Of a stretch of 32,000 nucleotides of DNA, positions 1 to 7,285 are shown piece by piece; position 1 is the first letter of the stretch, and each line of letters starts with the position of its first letter. Below the pieces are notes generated by a model, which did no database searches, had not been told where the DNA came from, and was given only the letters and a program-made list of their open reading frames with translations. This DNA comes from Halomicronema hongdechloris C2206 (GTDB taxonomy: Bacteria; Cyanobacteriota; Cyanobacteriia; Phormidesmidales; Phormidesmidaceae). The stretch spans positions 1,320,001 through 1,352,000 of the forward strand of contig NZ_CP021983.2 of NCBI RefSeq assembly GCF_002075285.3, written 5' to 3'. A program made the position numbers and the translations under genes.

Positions 1-924
1 TAGCTCTGGCATGGGGGCAACTTTGCCGATGAGGACTTCGAAGCGCAGCCGTTCTTCGAATTGTTGCAGTTCGTGCAGGGCTTCTTCTTCCATTTCGATG
101 TTGAGGAAGACGCCGGCTTGGTTTTCTGCTCGAATGTAATCGACGATGGGGCCGACGAGGAAATTTTTGGAAAATTGCTGGGTTAACAGGGGCACGATCA
201 CCAGCAGCAGCAAGAACTTGATGGCCAGGGTGGTTTTGACCTTGGAGGTGCGAAATTTTTTGACGACTTGGGTTTCGGCTTTGGGATCGAGGTCTTGGCG
301 AATCCGGTCAACGGTTCTGAGGATGGAGCGGGGTAGGACGCTGGCCCGGTCGGAGAGGGCGTCGGTGCGGTCGCGATCGCGTTCTGACTCTGGCGGCTTT
401 TGGGGCGGCTTTTGGGGCGGCTTTTGGGACGGTGGGGGCGGGGCACCATTGCCGGCTGACAGGCTGCTGGAGGTAGAGCGGTCTGGGGGGAGGGTAATCA
501 CCCGCTGGGAGGGGGGGGGTGATTCTAGCTTGCCGTAGCGGGCCAGGACCTCATCGACGAAGCGCAGCTTGCGGAAGAAGATGGCGGGTTTGTCGATCAC
601 ATCCACGGAGAGGCCATTTGGGCGGGTATCGGAGACCTGAATCTCCATGATTTTGGGATCCGACACTCGCAGCAGGGAGCTACTGGAGTGGAACTCGGCC
701 ATTCGCAGCCGAATTAAGTTCAGGTATTTCTGCCGCTCGCCGTCGAAGTAGGCCTGGGCACTGGCCCCGTAGTTGCCGTAGGCTGATGAAATCGGGTTGC
801 CGCTGAAGTGGTCATTCTCGATGGCCTCGATCATCCGGGCCGCTTCGTAGGCTTGGTCTAAAGCCCGTTCTGGGGTGCGAGAGAGCCACTGCCGCGCCGC
901 GCGAAAAATGCCAAAAATCTGCAT
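1..924 (-). CDS. pxcA: Proton-extrusion protein PxcA / CemA-family membrane protein. N-terminal 308 codons only; the 3' end lies beyond the window start.
   Basis: The minus strand has an ATG at 924 and stays open in frame to position 1. The translation begins MQIFGIFRAARQWLSRTPERALDQAYEAARMIEAIENDHFSGNPIS. A hydrophobic segment (LAIKFLLLLVIVPLLTQQF) follows, as in cyanobacterial PxcA/CemA. It is absent from the ORF track because it has no stop in the window. Confidence 0.7.
   Translation of the reverse strand, partial: MQIFGIFRAARQWLSRTPERALDQAYEAARMIEAIENDHFSGNPISSAYGNYGASAQAYFDGERQKYLNLIRLRMAEFHSSSSLLRVSDPKIMEIQVSDTRPNGLSVDVIDKPAIFFRKLRFVDEVLARYGKLESPPPSQRVITLPPDRSTSSSLSAGNGAPPPPSQKPPQKPPQKPPESERDRDRTDALSDRASVLPRSILRTVDRIRQDLDPKAETQVVKKFRTSKVKTTLAIKFLLLLVIVPLLTQQFSKNFLVGPIVDYIRAENQAGVFLNIEMEEEALHELQQFEERLRFEVLIGKVAPMPEL
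392..427. repeat. 3 x 12-bp perfect tandem repeat (ggcggcttttgg) inside pxcA, encoding QKPP x3 on the minus strand
   Basis: Read directly from the sequence. The units lie at 392-403, 404-415 and 416-427. Confidence 0.9.
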
Positions 925-1257
925 TTGCTGCCAGGGTGGTGATGGGAATACACATGCGATCGCATTGAAAATTTTAGAGCACCGCTCCTACCCCGCTGAT
1001 CGCTCCACGACAGGTTCTTGCCATCAGCCCTGGCAAGACTTGGGTAAATTGAGCGGGTAGGGCAATATAGGGTGAGTTAGTCCTGCTGAGGCGATGCTCT
1101 GATGCCAAGGTCATCTAATGCCAGGAGCAACTTAGGGGGGCGTTTTCACCAAAGCAACTCCCCCTCCCTAGACTTAGGCAAGAATCAATTACAAGATAGA
1201 TAGCAGTCTAACCAATTCATCAACCGGATACTATCTACCGGCTATCAAGAAACGCCT

Positions 1258-2055
1258 ATGGCTGGTCAAATTATCGGCGATCGCTACGAAGTAGAACAGC
1301 AATTGGGACGAAAATCAGGGCGCTGGACCCTGCTAGCCCGGGACTTACAAACGGATACGCCCGTCATTTTGAAGCTACTGTTTATCGACGAAGACCTCCA
1401 GCCCCGGGATCTGCGCTTGTTTAAGCGGGAAGTAGAAGCTCTAAAGCTACTAAATCATCCCGCCACGCCTCAGTTTCTGCACTATTTCGAAATCGAGTTG
1501 CCCCAGGATGGCCAAGCCCTAGTGCTAGTGCAGAGTTACGTCATTGGCACCTCCCTCAAGACCTACCTCGATCAAGGCCGTCAGTTTAGCGAAGCCGACG
1601 CCAAGATCATCGCCCGCGCTATTCTCAAGGTGCTGGTGTCCCTGCATCAGATGGAGCCGCCCATCATTCATCGCGATATTCGCCCCAACAATGTGCTGCT
1701 GATGGAGAGCAGCGATCCCCAGGTCTGTCTCGTGGACTTTGGCTCCGTCAAAGCCCTATCCTCCGGCAACACTGCCCTGACAGTAGTTGGCAGCGACGGC
1801 TATACCCCACCAGAACAGATGGGGGGGCGGGCCTTGACCGTCTCAGATCTCTACAGCCTCGGCGCCACCCTCGTGGAAATTATCACCGGCCAATCGCCAG
1901 CGAAGCTGCCGCGACGAGGGCTGACCATCGAGTTTGAAGCCGCTGCAACCTTTAGCCCTGACTTCAGTGCCTGGTTACAGCGGATGCTAGCCCCAGGCTT
2001 AGAGCAGCGTTGGTCCTCTGCAGAAGCAGCCCTAGCCGCCCTGCCCTCTGATTGA
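1258..2055 (+). CDS. Hanks-type serine/threonine protein kinase, catalytic domain only (265 aa)
   Basis: Kinase subdomain motifs are present: VILKLL (VAIK-like), HRDIRPNNVLL (HRDxKxxN catalytic loop), DFGSVK (DFG) and GYTPPEQ (APE-like). Confidence 0.85.
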   Translation: MAGQIIGDRYEVEQQLGRKSGRWTLLARDLQTDTPVILKLLFIDEDLQPRDLRLFKREVEALKLLNHPATPQFLHYFEIELPQDGQALVLVQSYVIGTSLKTYLDQGRQFSEADAKIIARAILKVLVSLHQMEPPIIHRDIRPNNVLLMESSDPQVCLVDFGSVKALSSGNTALTVVGSDGYTPPEQMGGRALTVSDLYSLGATLVEIITGQSPAKLPRRGLTIEFEAAATFSPDFSAWLQRMLAPGLEQRWSSAEAALAALPSD

Positions 2056-2168
2056 GCGGCTGAATGCAAACGCACAAAACAGGAAACAAGAAAAGCGACG
2101 TGACGCCCTGTTTGCTGACCGTCTGCGAATCTAGGTCGTCCTATCAACCGCCCCACTCGCTGTTGAAG

Positions 2169-2202
2169 CAAGCTAATCCTGAGAACAAGCTAATCCTGAG
2201 AA
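2169..2202. repeat. Perfect tandem duplication of a 17-bp unit (caagctaatcctgagaa x2), immediately outside the tRNA fragment
   Basis: Read directly from the sequence. The units lie at 2169-2185 and 2186-2202. Confidence 0.9.
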
Positions 2203-2213
2203 ATTGACAGAAA

Positions 2214-2259
2214 GCGGGTGACCGGACTCGAACCGGCGACATTCAGCTTGGGAAGCTGA
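2214..2259 (-). pseudogene. Truncated tRNA-Gly(CCC): anticodon arm, variable loop, T arm and 3' acceptor strand only. Putative att-site remnant.
   Basis: The minus strand reads tcagc-ttCCCaa-gctga-atgtc-gccgg-ttcgagt-ccggt-cacccgc, followed by discriminator t. No complementary 5' acceptor strand (gcgggtg) and no D arm occurs in the ~45 nt upstream on that strand (2260-2300). Confidence 0.7.
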
Positions 2260-2493
2260 CTTCAATTATTAGTATACAAGGCTTCCAGAGAACGGTTTAG
2301 AAGTCTATACCAGTTTTATACCAGACGTGACCCAATGCAGAGTGAGCGTCAGCCTTCCACGCTGTGTATCATTCGAGCAAAAATCCCCCATACGCCTCTC
2401 TGAAAGGAACCAAGTTGGCAGCAGATTCAGAGATTGGTATGGAGGATGCGTAGAGGACAGGAAGGTGGATGGCGCAACCAGGTGCATGGTCAT

Positions 2494-2703
2494 TCAGCTT
2501 TGGTTGCGCAGTTCTCGAACAATTTCTTGGGCTAAATTCCGGCTCCACACTTGCTCAAAAGGGCATGAGACCCGACGATCGTCCTCTCCTTGAAACCAAG
2601 TAAGCGCTTCTTCCAATTCAGCTACTGAGTAGGGATCTCGGATTAGCATCTTCGTAAGCAAGCTTTCTACCAATAGCGCTTGAGCGTCATTGAGAACCAA
2701 CAT
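2494..2703 (-). CDS. Hypothetical small protein (69 aa), second gene of a two-gene operon
   Basis: The ATG at 2703 is preceded by GAGGAGG 7 nt upstream. That Shine-Dalgarno sequence lies within the last codons of the upstream gene. No family was recognised. Confidence 0.5.
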   Translation of the reverse strand: MLVLNDAQALLVESLLTKMLIRDPYSVAELEEALTWFQGEDDRRVSCPFEQVWSRNLAQEIVRELRNQS

Positions 2704-2705
2704 GG

Positions 2706-2870
2706 CTATACCTCCTCGGTAGTTTCAGGTGTTTCCGAAGCGGACCTGCGAGAACTATCGTTCTTACTGAGAGTGAGTAATGCTCGGTCAATATCGCGAA
2801 CTTTGATGCCTCTGAGGGCCGTCAGGATGGTTTTGATGAGGACGACCTCATCGGACGTGAGAGTAATCAT
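2706..2870 (-). CDS. Hypothetical small protein (54 aa from the ATG at 2870; the track ORF extends to 2939)
   Basis: The ATG at 2868-2870 is preceded by GGAG 7 nt upstream. The stop lies 2 nt before the start of the next gene. No family was recognised. Confidence 0.45.
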   Translation of the reverse strand: MITLTSDEVVLIKTILTALRGIKVRDIDRALLTLSKNDSSRRSASETPETTEEV

Positions 2871-2971
2871 GCTTGTCTCCACAAATAACAGCTTCAGATC
2901 AGCCGTCATCAGATCTGAAAGCTTTGACAATGACAACAAAATAAGGCAACTGCCCTAAAAAGGCAATATCC

Positions 2972-2981
2972 CTAGATCTAG
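2972..2981. promoter_or_regulatory. Perfect 10-bp palindrome ctagatctag in the divergent intergenic region; candidate operator
   Basis: Read directly from the sequence. It lies between the minus-strand small operon (ends 2870) and the plus-strand RHH gene (starts 3032). Confidence 0.3.
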
Positions 2982-3031
2982 ATTGCTAAAGCAAGGAATA
3001 TAAGAAAGTCGCCTTAGAGGTCACTAAGCGA

Positions 3032-3229
3032 GTGCCTAAGCCAGCTAAGCCACAAATCCGGGTCTATATTCCTGAGGAGACCGATCGCTTGTTAAAGGCG
3101 ATCGCGGGTATCAAGGACTCTTCAGTGAATGCGATCGTGAATGAGGCGATTGAGGCATGGCTCAAGGAGGCGGAACAGCAGGAAATTATCCAGAAGTTCA
3201 ATCTCGATAAGCTGGATGAAATTGGTTAG
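3032..3229 (+). CDS. Ribbon-helix-helix (CopG/Arc-like) DNA-binding protein, 65 aa, GTG start
   Basis: The N-terminal segment IRVYIPEETDRLLKAIAGIKDSSVNAIVNEAIEAWL has the RHH pattern of a beta-strand, helix A and helix B. Confidence 0.55.
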   Translation: MPKPAKPQIRVYIPEETDRLLKAIAGIKDSSVNAIVNEAIEAWLKEAEQQEIIQKFNLDKLDEIG

Positions 3230-3300
3230 GCATGTTTCAAAAGACAAGTTCAAAAGAACCGATTGAACCACCATTACATGTGGCGCACGGTGTTCTTGGT

Positions 3301-4812
3301 CTACATGTAGAAAGAGTACTCAGAACGTACAGTCATTTCTGGTCCCACTTCTTTCAAAACATCTCCGACACGTTGAGAGAAGGCAAGCGTGATAGGAACT
3401 CCATCTGAAAAGGCAGCGTTGTTGACATTCATCTTAGTGAGTGCCAGCAGTTCAGTGGCAAGCTCACGTGGGCCACTATCCCCATGTCGCTCAATAATTG
3501 CCCAAGGCTCGGGAACATGAACACCAGGATACGTCTCAAAGTATGGTGTAAATCCGTGTGTGTAGATAATGGGAAGAGAGTCTTCAATCAGGGCATACGT
3601 GCCTCTAATTGGCGGATACTTTCCCTCGCGAGCTAGACGGATATCACTTTTATTCAGTGTTAACAGATCGATGCTCGCATCTGGGTTGACGGTCTCGATG
3701 CCCTCCATAAAACCATCGAGTTCATTGTATGCAGTATGTTCCTTCCCCCAATACCGAGAAGACTTGTGAATTACAACCCTTCGGGGAGGCAACCGTCTGA
3801 TTCTTTTGTACTCATTCAAGGTGTTGGTGATTAGGTTACACGCTTCTTCCCTTTTCAGATGAGGGGTTCGTCCATATTCGCTGCTATCCCATTCAAACGG
3901 GTCACCCCGCAGAATAATCCCCTGCCCCAGATAGTCAAATGCCTGGGCCACGCCACTCCGCAGGATATTTCTGCCTCTTTCATCCTCGGTATTGTAAAAA
4001 GAGATGCCAATGTAACACGTATCTTCCTCAAGTCCATGACCCTTCCAAGGAACACCACCGCATTTGAAATAAAGTGCAGTAGCGAAGTTCCAGGCTCGCG
4101 TTGCTTTGTCCTGTAGGCTTTTGTCTTTGCCAGTTAAAGTAGGTTCCAGAAATATCTGAATGGGAACCCCCCATTTCATAGACCGTGCTTTCAAAATTCT
4201 TCGTAAATTCAAATAATTGCCGTTGGGCAACTTTGCTGAGGAAGCTTTGTCAAATAAGACTTTGGGAATTGCAACCAGAATGACGCTAGGATGCGGTGAA
4301 GCTGTGGCTATCTGACTAATATGATCGGATATTAGGTCAGCTGCTTTCTCAACGCGTTCGATATGGCTTTCTGTATCGGCGATCGCTTTTGCTTCCCTCT
4401 CTTGAAAAGTAGAGACCCAACGATCACTAGTAACAATTTCTGAAGCGAAGTTCGTGGTACTGTTTATGCCAATAAAATCAGGGGATAGCCCCTTTACTAA
4501 AATATCGCGTTTTGCAAGTTCCTCTTGCTCAATACTTTCTTCAGAGTCATCATCAACTTCCCAGTTTTCTGTTTTAGTTCTATCTGTCTCAATGTAGGTT
4601 TCACACACACTGATCCATTGCTGACAGGCTTCACATGTCGCGCGTGTTCCTACAATACCGACCTTGATCTTGTCTGGGTGAAGCGCTGGATCCGTTCTCC
4701 CAAATGGTCCATGTTCTACAATTCCCGTCTTTTTATCCGGATGCAGAAAGGAATTATTGAACTCCAAATGAGGCTCTGAAATTAGCTCAATGGTAATGTT
4801 CATTATCGTCAC
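3301..4812 (-). CDS. Short prokaryotic Argonaute (MID-PIWI, catalytically inactive), ~500 aa
   Basis: Length and PIWI-type C-terminal sequence fit a short pAgo (RGTYALIEDSLPIIYTHGFTPYFETYPGVHVPEPWAIIERHG...LALTKMNVNNAAFSDGVPITLAFSQRVGDVL). Positions that carry catalytic Asp in active PIWI read YIGISFY and VVIHKSSRY. The track start is a GTG at 4812. An ATG at 4803 (MNITIELI...) is an equally plausible start. Confidence 0.8.
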   Translation of the reverse strand: MTIMNITIELISEPHLEFNNSFLHPDKKTGIVEHGPFGRTDPALHPDKIKVGIVGTRATCEACQQWISVCETYIETDRTKTENWEVDDDSEESIEQEELAKRDILVKGLSPDFIGINSTTNFASEIVTSDRWVSTFQEREAKAIADTESHIERVEKAADLISDHISQIATASPHPSVILVAIPKVLFDKASSAKLPNGNYLNLRRILKARSMKWGVPIQIFLEPTLTGKDKSLQDKATRAWNFATALYFKCGGVPWKGHGLEEDTCYIGISFYNTEDERGRNILRSGVAQAFDYLGQGIILRGDPFEWDSSEYGRTPHLKREEACNLITNTLNEYKRIRRLPPRRVVIHKSSRYWGKEHTAYNELDGFMEGIETVNPDASIDLLTLNKSDIRLAREGKYPPIRGTYALIEDSLPIIYTHGFTPYFETYPGVHVPEPWAIIERHGDSGPRELATELLALTKMNVNNAAFSDGVPITLAFSQRVGDVLKEVGPEMTVRSEYSFYM

Positions 4813-4817
4813 TTTAA

Positions 4818-6128
4818 CTAGATAGAACGAATGCCAAAGGGTGCTAATACACCATCAGGCATTCCTTTAAGACGTAAGATTTCATAGCCGTCGAGTTTCA
4901 TTGAAAACTCAGAGGCTCCATCGGAAAAGATGAAACACCAAAAGAGTATGTTGTTGAGGTAGTGATTGTTATATTCGCGACTCCGATGCCTTGTCGAATA
5001 AGCTCCGACTTTCTTAGATGGCCAAGCTGTTACTCCATCACTTGAGAAATACAGCTCCGGACGAAGAACAATACCCCAGGTTTGACCGTATCGCTGAAAC
5101 CGCGCTGATAAAGCCGAATGCTTAAAAAATTTATCTTTTCCATACTCGTAATATTTAGCCACTGTCCGACACGGAGATCGCTTAGTCCTGATACTCTTCC
5201 AGATTTTTTTAACCGGTTCTTCTTTAGTTAGCCCATCACTGTAGTAAAAGCGTTTATATTTTTGGTGATAGCGTAAGCCTTTATCAATTAGGTACTTTTG
5301 AAGTAAACCGTTGAGAAGTCGTCGTGCAGTATAATCGGCATCAGGATCTTGCTCAAGCCAATCATCAAATGGAAAAGTTTCAACTTCAGAATCAATGATG
5401 TTTGTAAAAGCATTTTTTGACTTTGATGGATCTGTAAGTGTTGTAAGAAGACCATCCTTATAATTGTAGGGTGGAATAAATCCAAATAAGCGCTGGTGAA
5501 ACTGTGCTCTCTTTTCCGGAATAACTGTACTTACAAAAACTGCCTGCGGTAGCGTAATAGCTTCTATAAAATTAGGAAAGAGGATTTCTGAACTTGAGGT
5601 ATCGACACGCTCAGGAGCAGTCTGACAAAGTTCATACAAAGCGTTTAATGCTGTTTCATTGAAGCAGTCAGTATTTTTATCAAAAGCAATGCGGCAAGGC
5701 TCTTCAAATGCATCAGGATTTTCTTTGAGATAGGCTTGAACATCCTTCCAATAAAGTTGGTCGTCTTTTGGATGGTATACCACATAAATCATAGGGACAT
5801 TCAGATTTCCCCAGTAAACTAAGTCTTTCTTATTTACTGGGGATTCAAATGTTTCTTCTTGGTTGCTTCTAATATAATGCTGACCAGACTTTGATTGGAC
5901 CTTTATGATTTTTCCAGTGCCGATAGAACCATTCCCTTCAGTCCTGGGAAGACATAGTTCAATCTCTCCATCGACACCAATGTCATCCTTTTCTTGCTCC
6001 CGCCAAATACAACCCATCTGGTGAACAATCACCGATATGCGGTCAAGGCCGTGCCATTCTGAGATTTTTGATTTTGGAACAATTTTACTGATGGATTCAG
6101 ATGCCACTTTTTGAGAGTTGAAATTCAT
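4818..6128 (-). CDS. DUF4365 (DREN-type PD-(D/E)xK nuclease) fused to an APAZ-like region; effector partner of the short pAgo
   Basis: The N-terminus reads DDIGVDGEIEL...GKIIKVQSKSG, which matches the D...E.E...QxK arrangement typical of DUF4365. The protein is 436 aa. Its stop is 5 nt upstream of the pAgo GTG and 14 nt upstream of the ATG at 4803. Confidence 0.7.
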   Translation of the reverse strand: MNFNSQKVASESISKIVPKSKISEWHGLDRISVIVHQMGCIWREQEKDDIGVDGEIELCLPRTEGNGSIGTGKIIKVQSKSGQHYIRSNQEETFESPVNKKDLVYWGNLNVPMIYVVYHPKDDQLYWKDVQAYLKENPDAFEEPCRIAFDKNTDCFNETALNALYELCQTAPERVDTSSSEILFPNFIEAITLPQAVFVSTVIPEKRAQFHQRLFGFIPPYNYKDGLLTTLTDPSKSKNAFTNIIDSEVETFPFDDWLEQDPDADYTARRLLNGLLQKYLIDKGLRYHQKYKRFYYSDGLTKEEPVKKIWKSIRTKRSPCRTVAKYYEYGKDKFFKHSALSARFQRYGQTWGIVLRPELYFSSDGVTAWPSKKVGAYSTRHRSREYNNHYLNNILFWCFIFSDGASEFSMKLDGYEILRLKGMPDGVLAPFGIRSI

Positions 6129-6291
6129 TGCATACTGTTATAGTACAAATGAATTTAACTGCAATGGTGCGATCCCCGAACAGTGGGAGGTAGAGTTTCT
6201 ACGGAGTTTATCTACAAACGGTATTGCCTTCAATTGGATGCAAAATCTTTGCAATATCAACGTTTCAGGAAGGCACCTATATCAACGATGA

Positions 6292-6558
6292 TCATTGCTG
6301 CTGGGGGGGATATTTCTGATCGAGGTACTCATGGACTTTTGCCTTGTAGTTTTTAGACAAGTCAGGATCGCCCTCGAACAAACCAACTAAGCTGTCTTCT
6401 TGCAACGCTTCCAGGGGCGATATAGAGGTTGGGTTAAGCTGCTCGTAGTAAAGGTCGATGGCCTGGTTCAAGATTTCAGACAGGTCTTGATTGGTGTGCT
6501 GTTGAATATAGGCCAGTTTTTCGGCGCGGTTGTCGTCAAGTTGGGTGGCAATCTCCAT
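6292..6558 (-). CDS. RHH-like antitoxin-type small protein (88 aa), with no adjacent toxin
   Basis: The ATG at 6558 is preceded by GGAGAAAGG. The protein reads MEIATQLDDNRAEKLAYIQQHTNQDLSEILNQAIDLYYEQL. The longer track ORF to 6702 would overlap the PIN gene. Confidence 0.5.
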   Translation of the reverse strand: MEIATQLDDNRAEKLAYIQQHTNQDLSEILNQAIDLYYEQLNPTSISPLEALQEDSLVGLFEGDPDLSKNYKAKVHEYLDQKYPPQQQ

Positions 6559-6604
6559 GGGCCTTTCTCCAAGTTGTTTGTATTTCAAAAGTTGGAAAGA
6601 GTAA

Positions 6605-6991
6605 TCAAGGGTATCCAAGCAGATCGAGCTGCTGGATAAAGCGGAAGTCGCTTTGGTTTTTGCTGAGGAGCGGAATTTGATTGCCGATCGCGGTTGCTGC
6701 AATCAGGGCATCAGCGATCAAAAGACCATGGCTGAGGAAATATTCTTGCAGTAGCTGGGTGGCAATCTCGCTGCTCTGGCTAGTGAGCGTCAGCACCTGA
6801 AATTGAGCCAGGAAGCGGTTGAGGGCTTGCAGTTCGGTTTTGTTGCGGCATCCGACGGTTAACTCCATGACCGTGATGGTAGAAACGGTCAGGGTGGAGG
6901 CTCGACTCTCGTTGGCCAGGCGCTCTACGGCGATCGCATCGTCGTTGGCAACATCAATAAGAATGTCTGTATCGACCAAAATTTGAGCCAT
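6605..6991 (-). CDS. vapC: PIN-domain ribonuclease toxin (VapC-like)
   Basis: Translation from the ATG at 6991 gives MAQILVDTDILIDV... (acidic DTD at the N-terminus), then ...TVMELTVG... and ...IADALIAATAI..., which is the typical PIN layout. This start lies 1 nt after the antitoxin stop. Confidence 0.75.
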   Translation of the reverse strand: MAQILVDTDILIDVANDDAIAVERLANESRASTLTVSTITVMELTVGCRNKTELQALNRFLAQFQVLTLTSQSSEIATQLLQEYFLSHGLLIADALIAATAIGNQIPLLSKNQSDFRFIQQLDLLGYP

Positions 6992-6992
6992 A

Positions 6993-7229
6993 CTAGCTGC
7001 GCCAGTGCTGTTGCCGAATTTGCCGTACCCAGGCGGTACTGTCTGCCATTTCAGGCCGATCGCTCCACATCCCGACAAAGGGTTCGTTTTCGAGGTTCAG
7101 AGGTTGGTGAGTTGTGGGCTCGGGTGAAGAATAGCGCTGCTTCAAGAAGGCAACGAAATCTACCACGAGCTGTTGGGCGGTGGTAGGCAGGGTAGAAATG
7201 TCGTCTCTCAGTTGCTCAAATTCGGGCAT
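6993..7229 (-). CDS. vapB: Antitoxin partner of the PIN toxin (DUF2281-like, 78 aa)
   Basis: A small ORF directly upstream of the PIN gene and abutting it. Its tail, EPFVGMWSDRPEMADSTAWVRQIRQQHW, is of the kind common in cyanobacterial antitoxins. Confidence 0.6.
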   Translation of the reverse strand: MPEFEQLRDDISTLPTTAQQLVVDFVAFLKQRYSSPEPTTHQPLNLENEPFVGMWSDRPEMADSTAWVRQIRQQHWRS

Positions 7230-7285
7230 GGGTCTTCTCCGGGGCTATGTTCTAGGTAAAACAATTTCAACCATCTATTAGCACT

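Noticed and set aside
146-538. Track ORFs 146..538 (+) and 198..449 (-), which have Gly/Pro-rich low-complexity translations
   Set aside because: Both lie inside the long pxcA reading frame (minus strand, 924 to 1) but in other frames or on the other strand. Their odd composition is a by-product of the GC-rich repeat region.
875-1060. Track ORF 875..1060 (+), 61 aa
   Set aside because: It overlaps the pxcA start and promoter region on the opposite strand. It has no ribosome-binding site and no recognisable motif.
1258-2055. Ser/Thr kinase as a PglW-like component of the defence array
   Set aside because: It lies outside the tRNA-fragment border, on the opposite strand, in host-like high-GC DNA next to pxcA. 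It is only a 265-aa bare kinase domain and sits more than 5 kb from the MTases.
2213-2300. Possibility of a complete tRNA-Gly gene
   Set aside because: The 45 nt upstream on the minus strand (ctaaaccgttctctggaagccttgtatactaataattgaag) contain neither the gcgggtg acceptor strand nor a D arm. The anticodon loop is intact, so an intron cannot explain the gap. I treat it as a 3' fragment.
2296-2315. Short direct repeat tataccag-tttt-ataccag next to the tRNA fragment, considered as possible integrase arm sites
   Set aside because: It is only 7-8 bp long in AT-rich sequence. Chance occurrence is likely without a second island end to compare.
2305-2593. Track ORFs 2305..2493 (-) and 2327..2593 (+)
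   Set aside because: They are mutually overlapping, have no Shine-Dalgarno sequence and no motif, and their translations are Cys/Arg/Ser-rich, as is typical of non-coding sequence.
6559-7078. Longer versions of the track ORFs 6292..6702 and 6605..7078
   Set aside because: The extensions would overlap neighbouring genes by about 100 nt and add low-complexity N-termini. The internal ATGs at 6558 (with GGAGAAAGG upstream) and 6991 (1 nt after the antitoxin stop) fit TA operon organisation far better.
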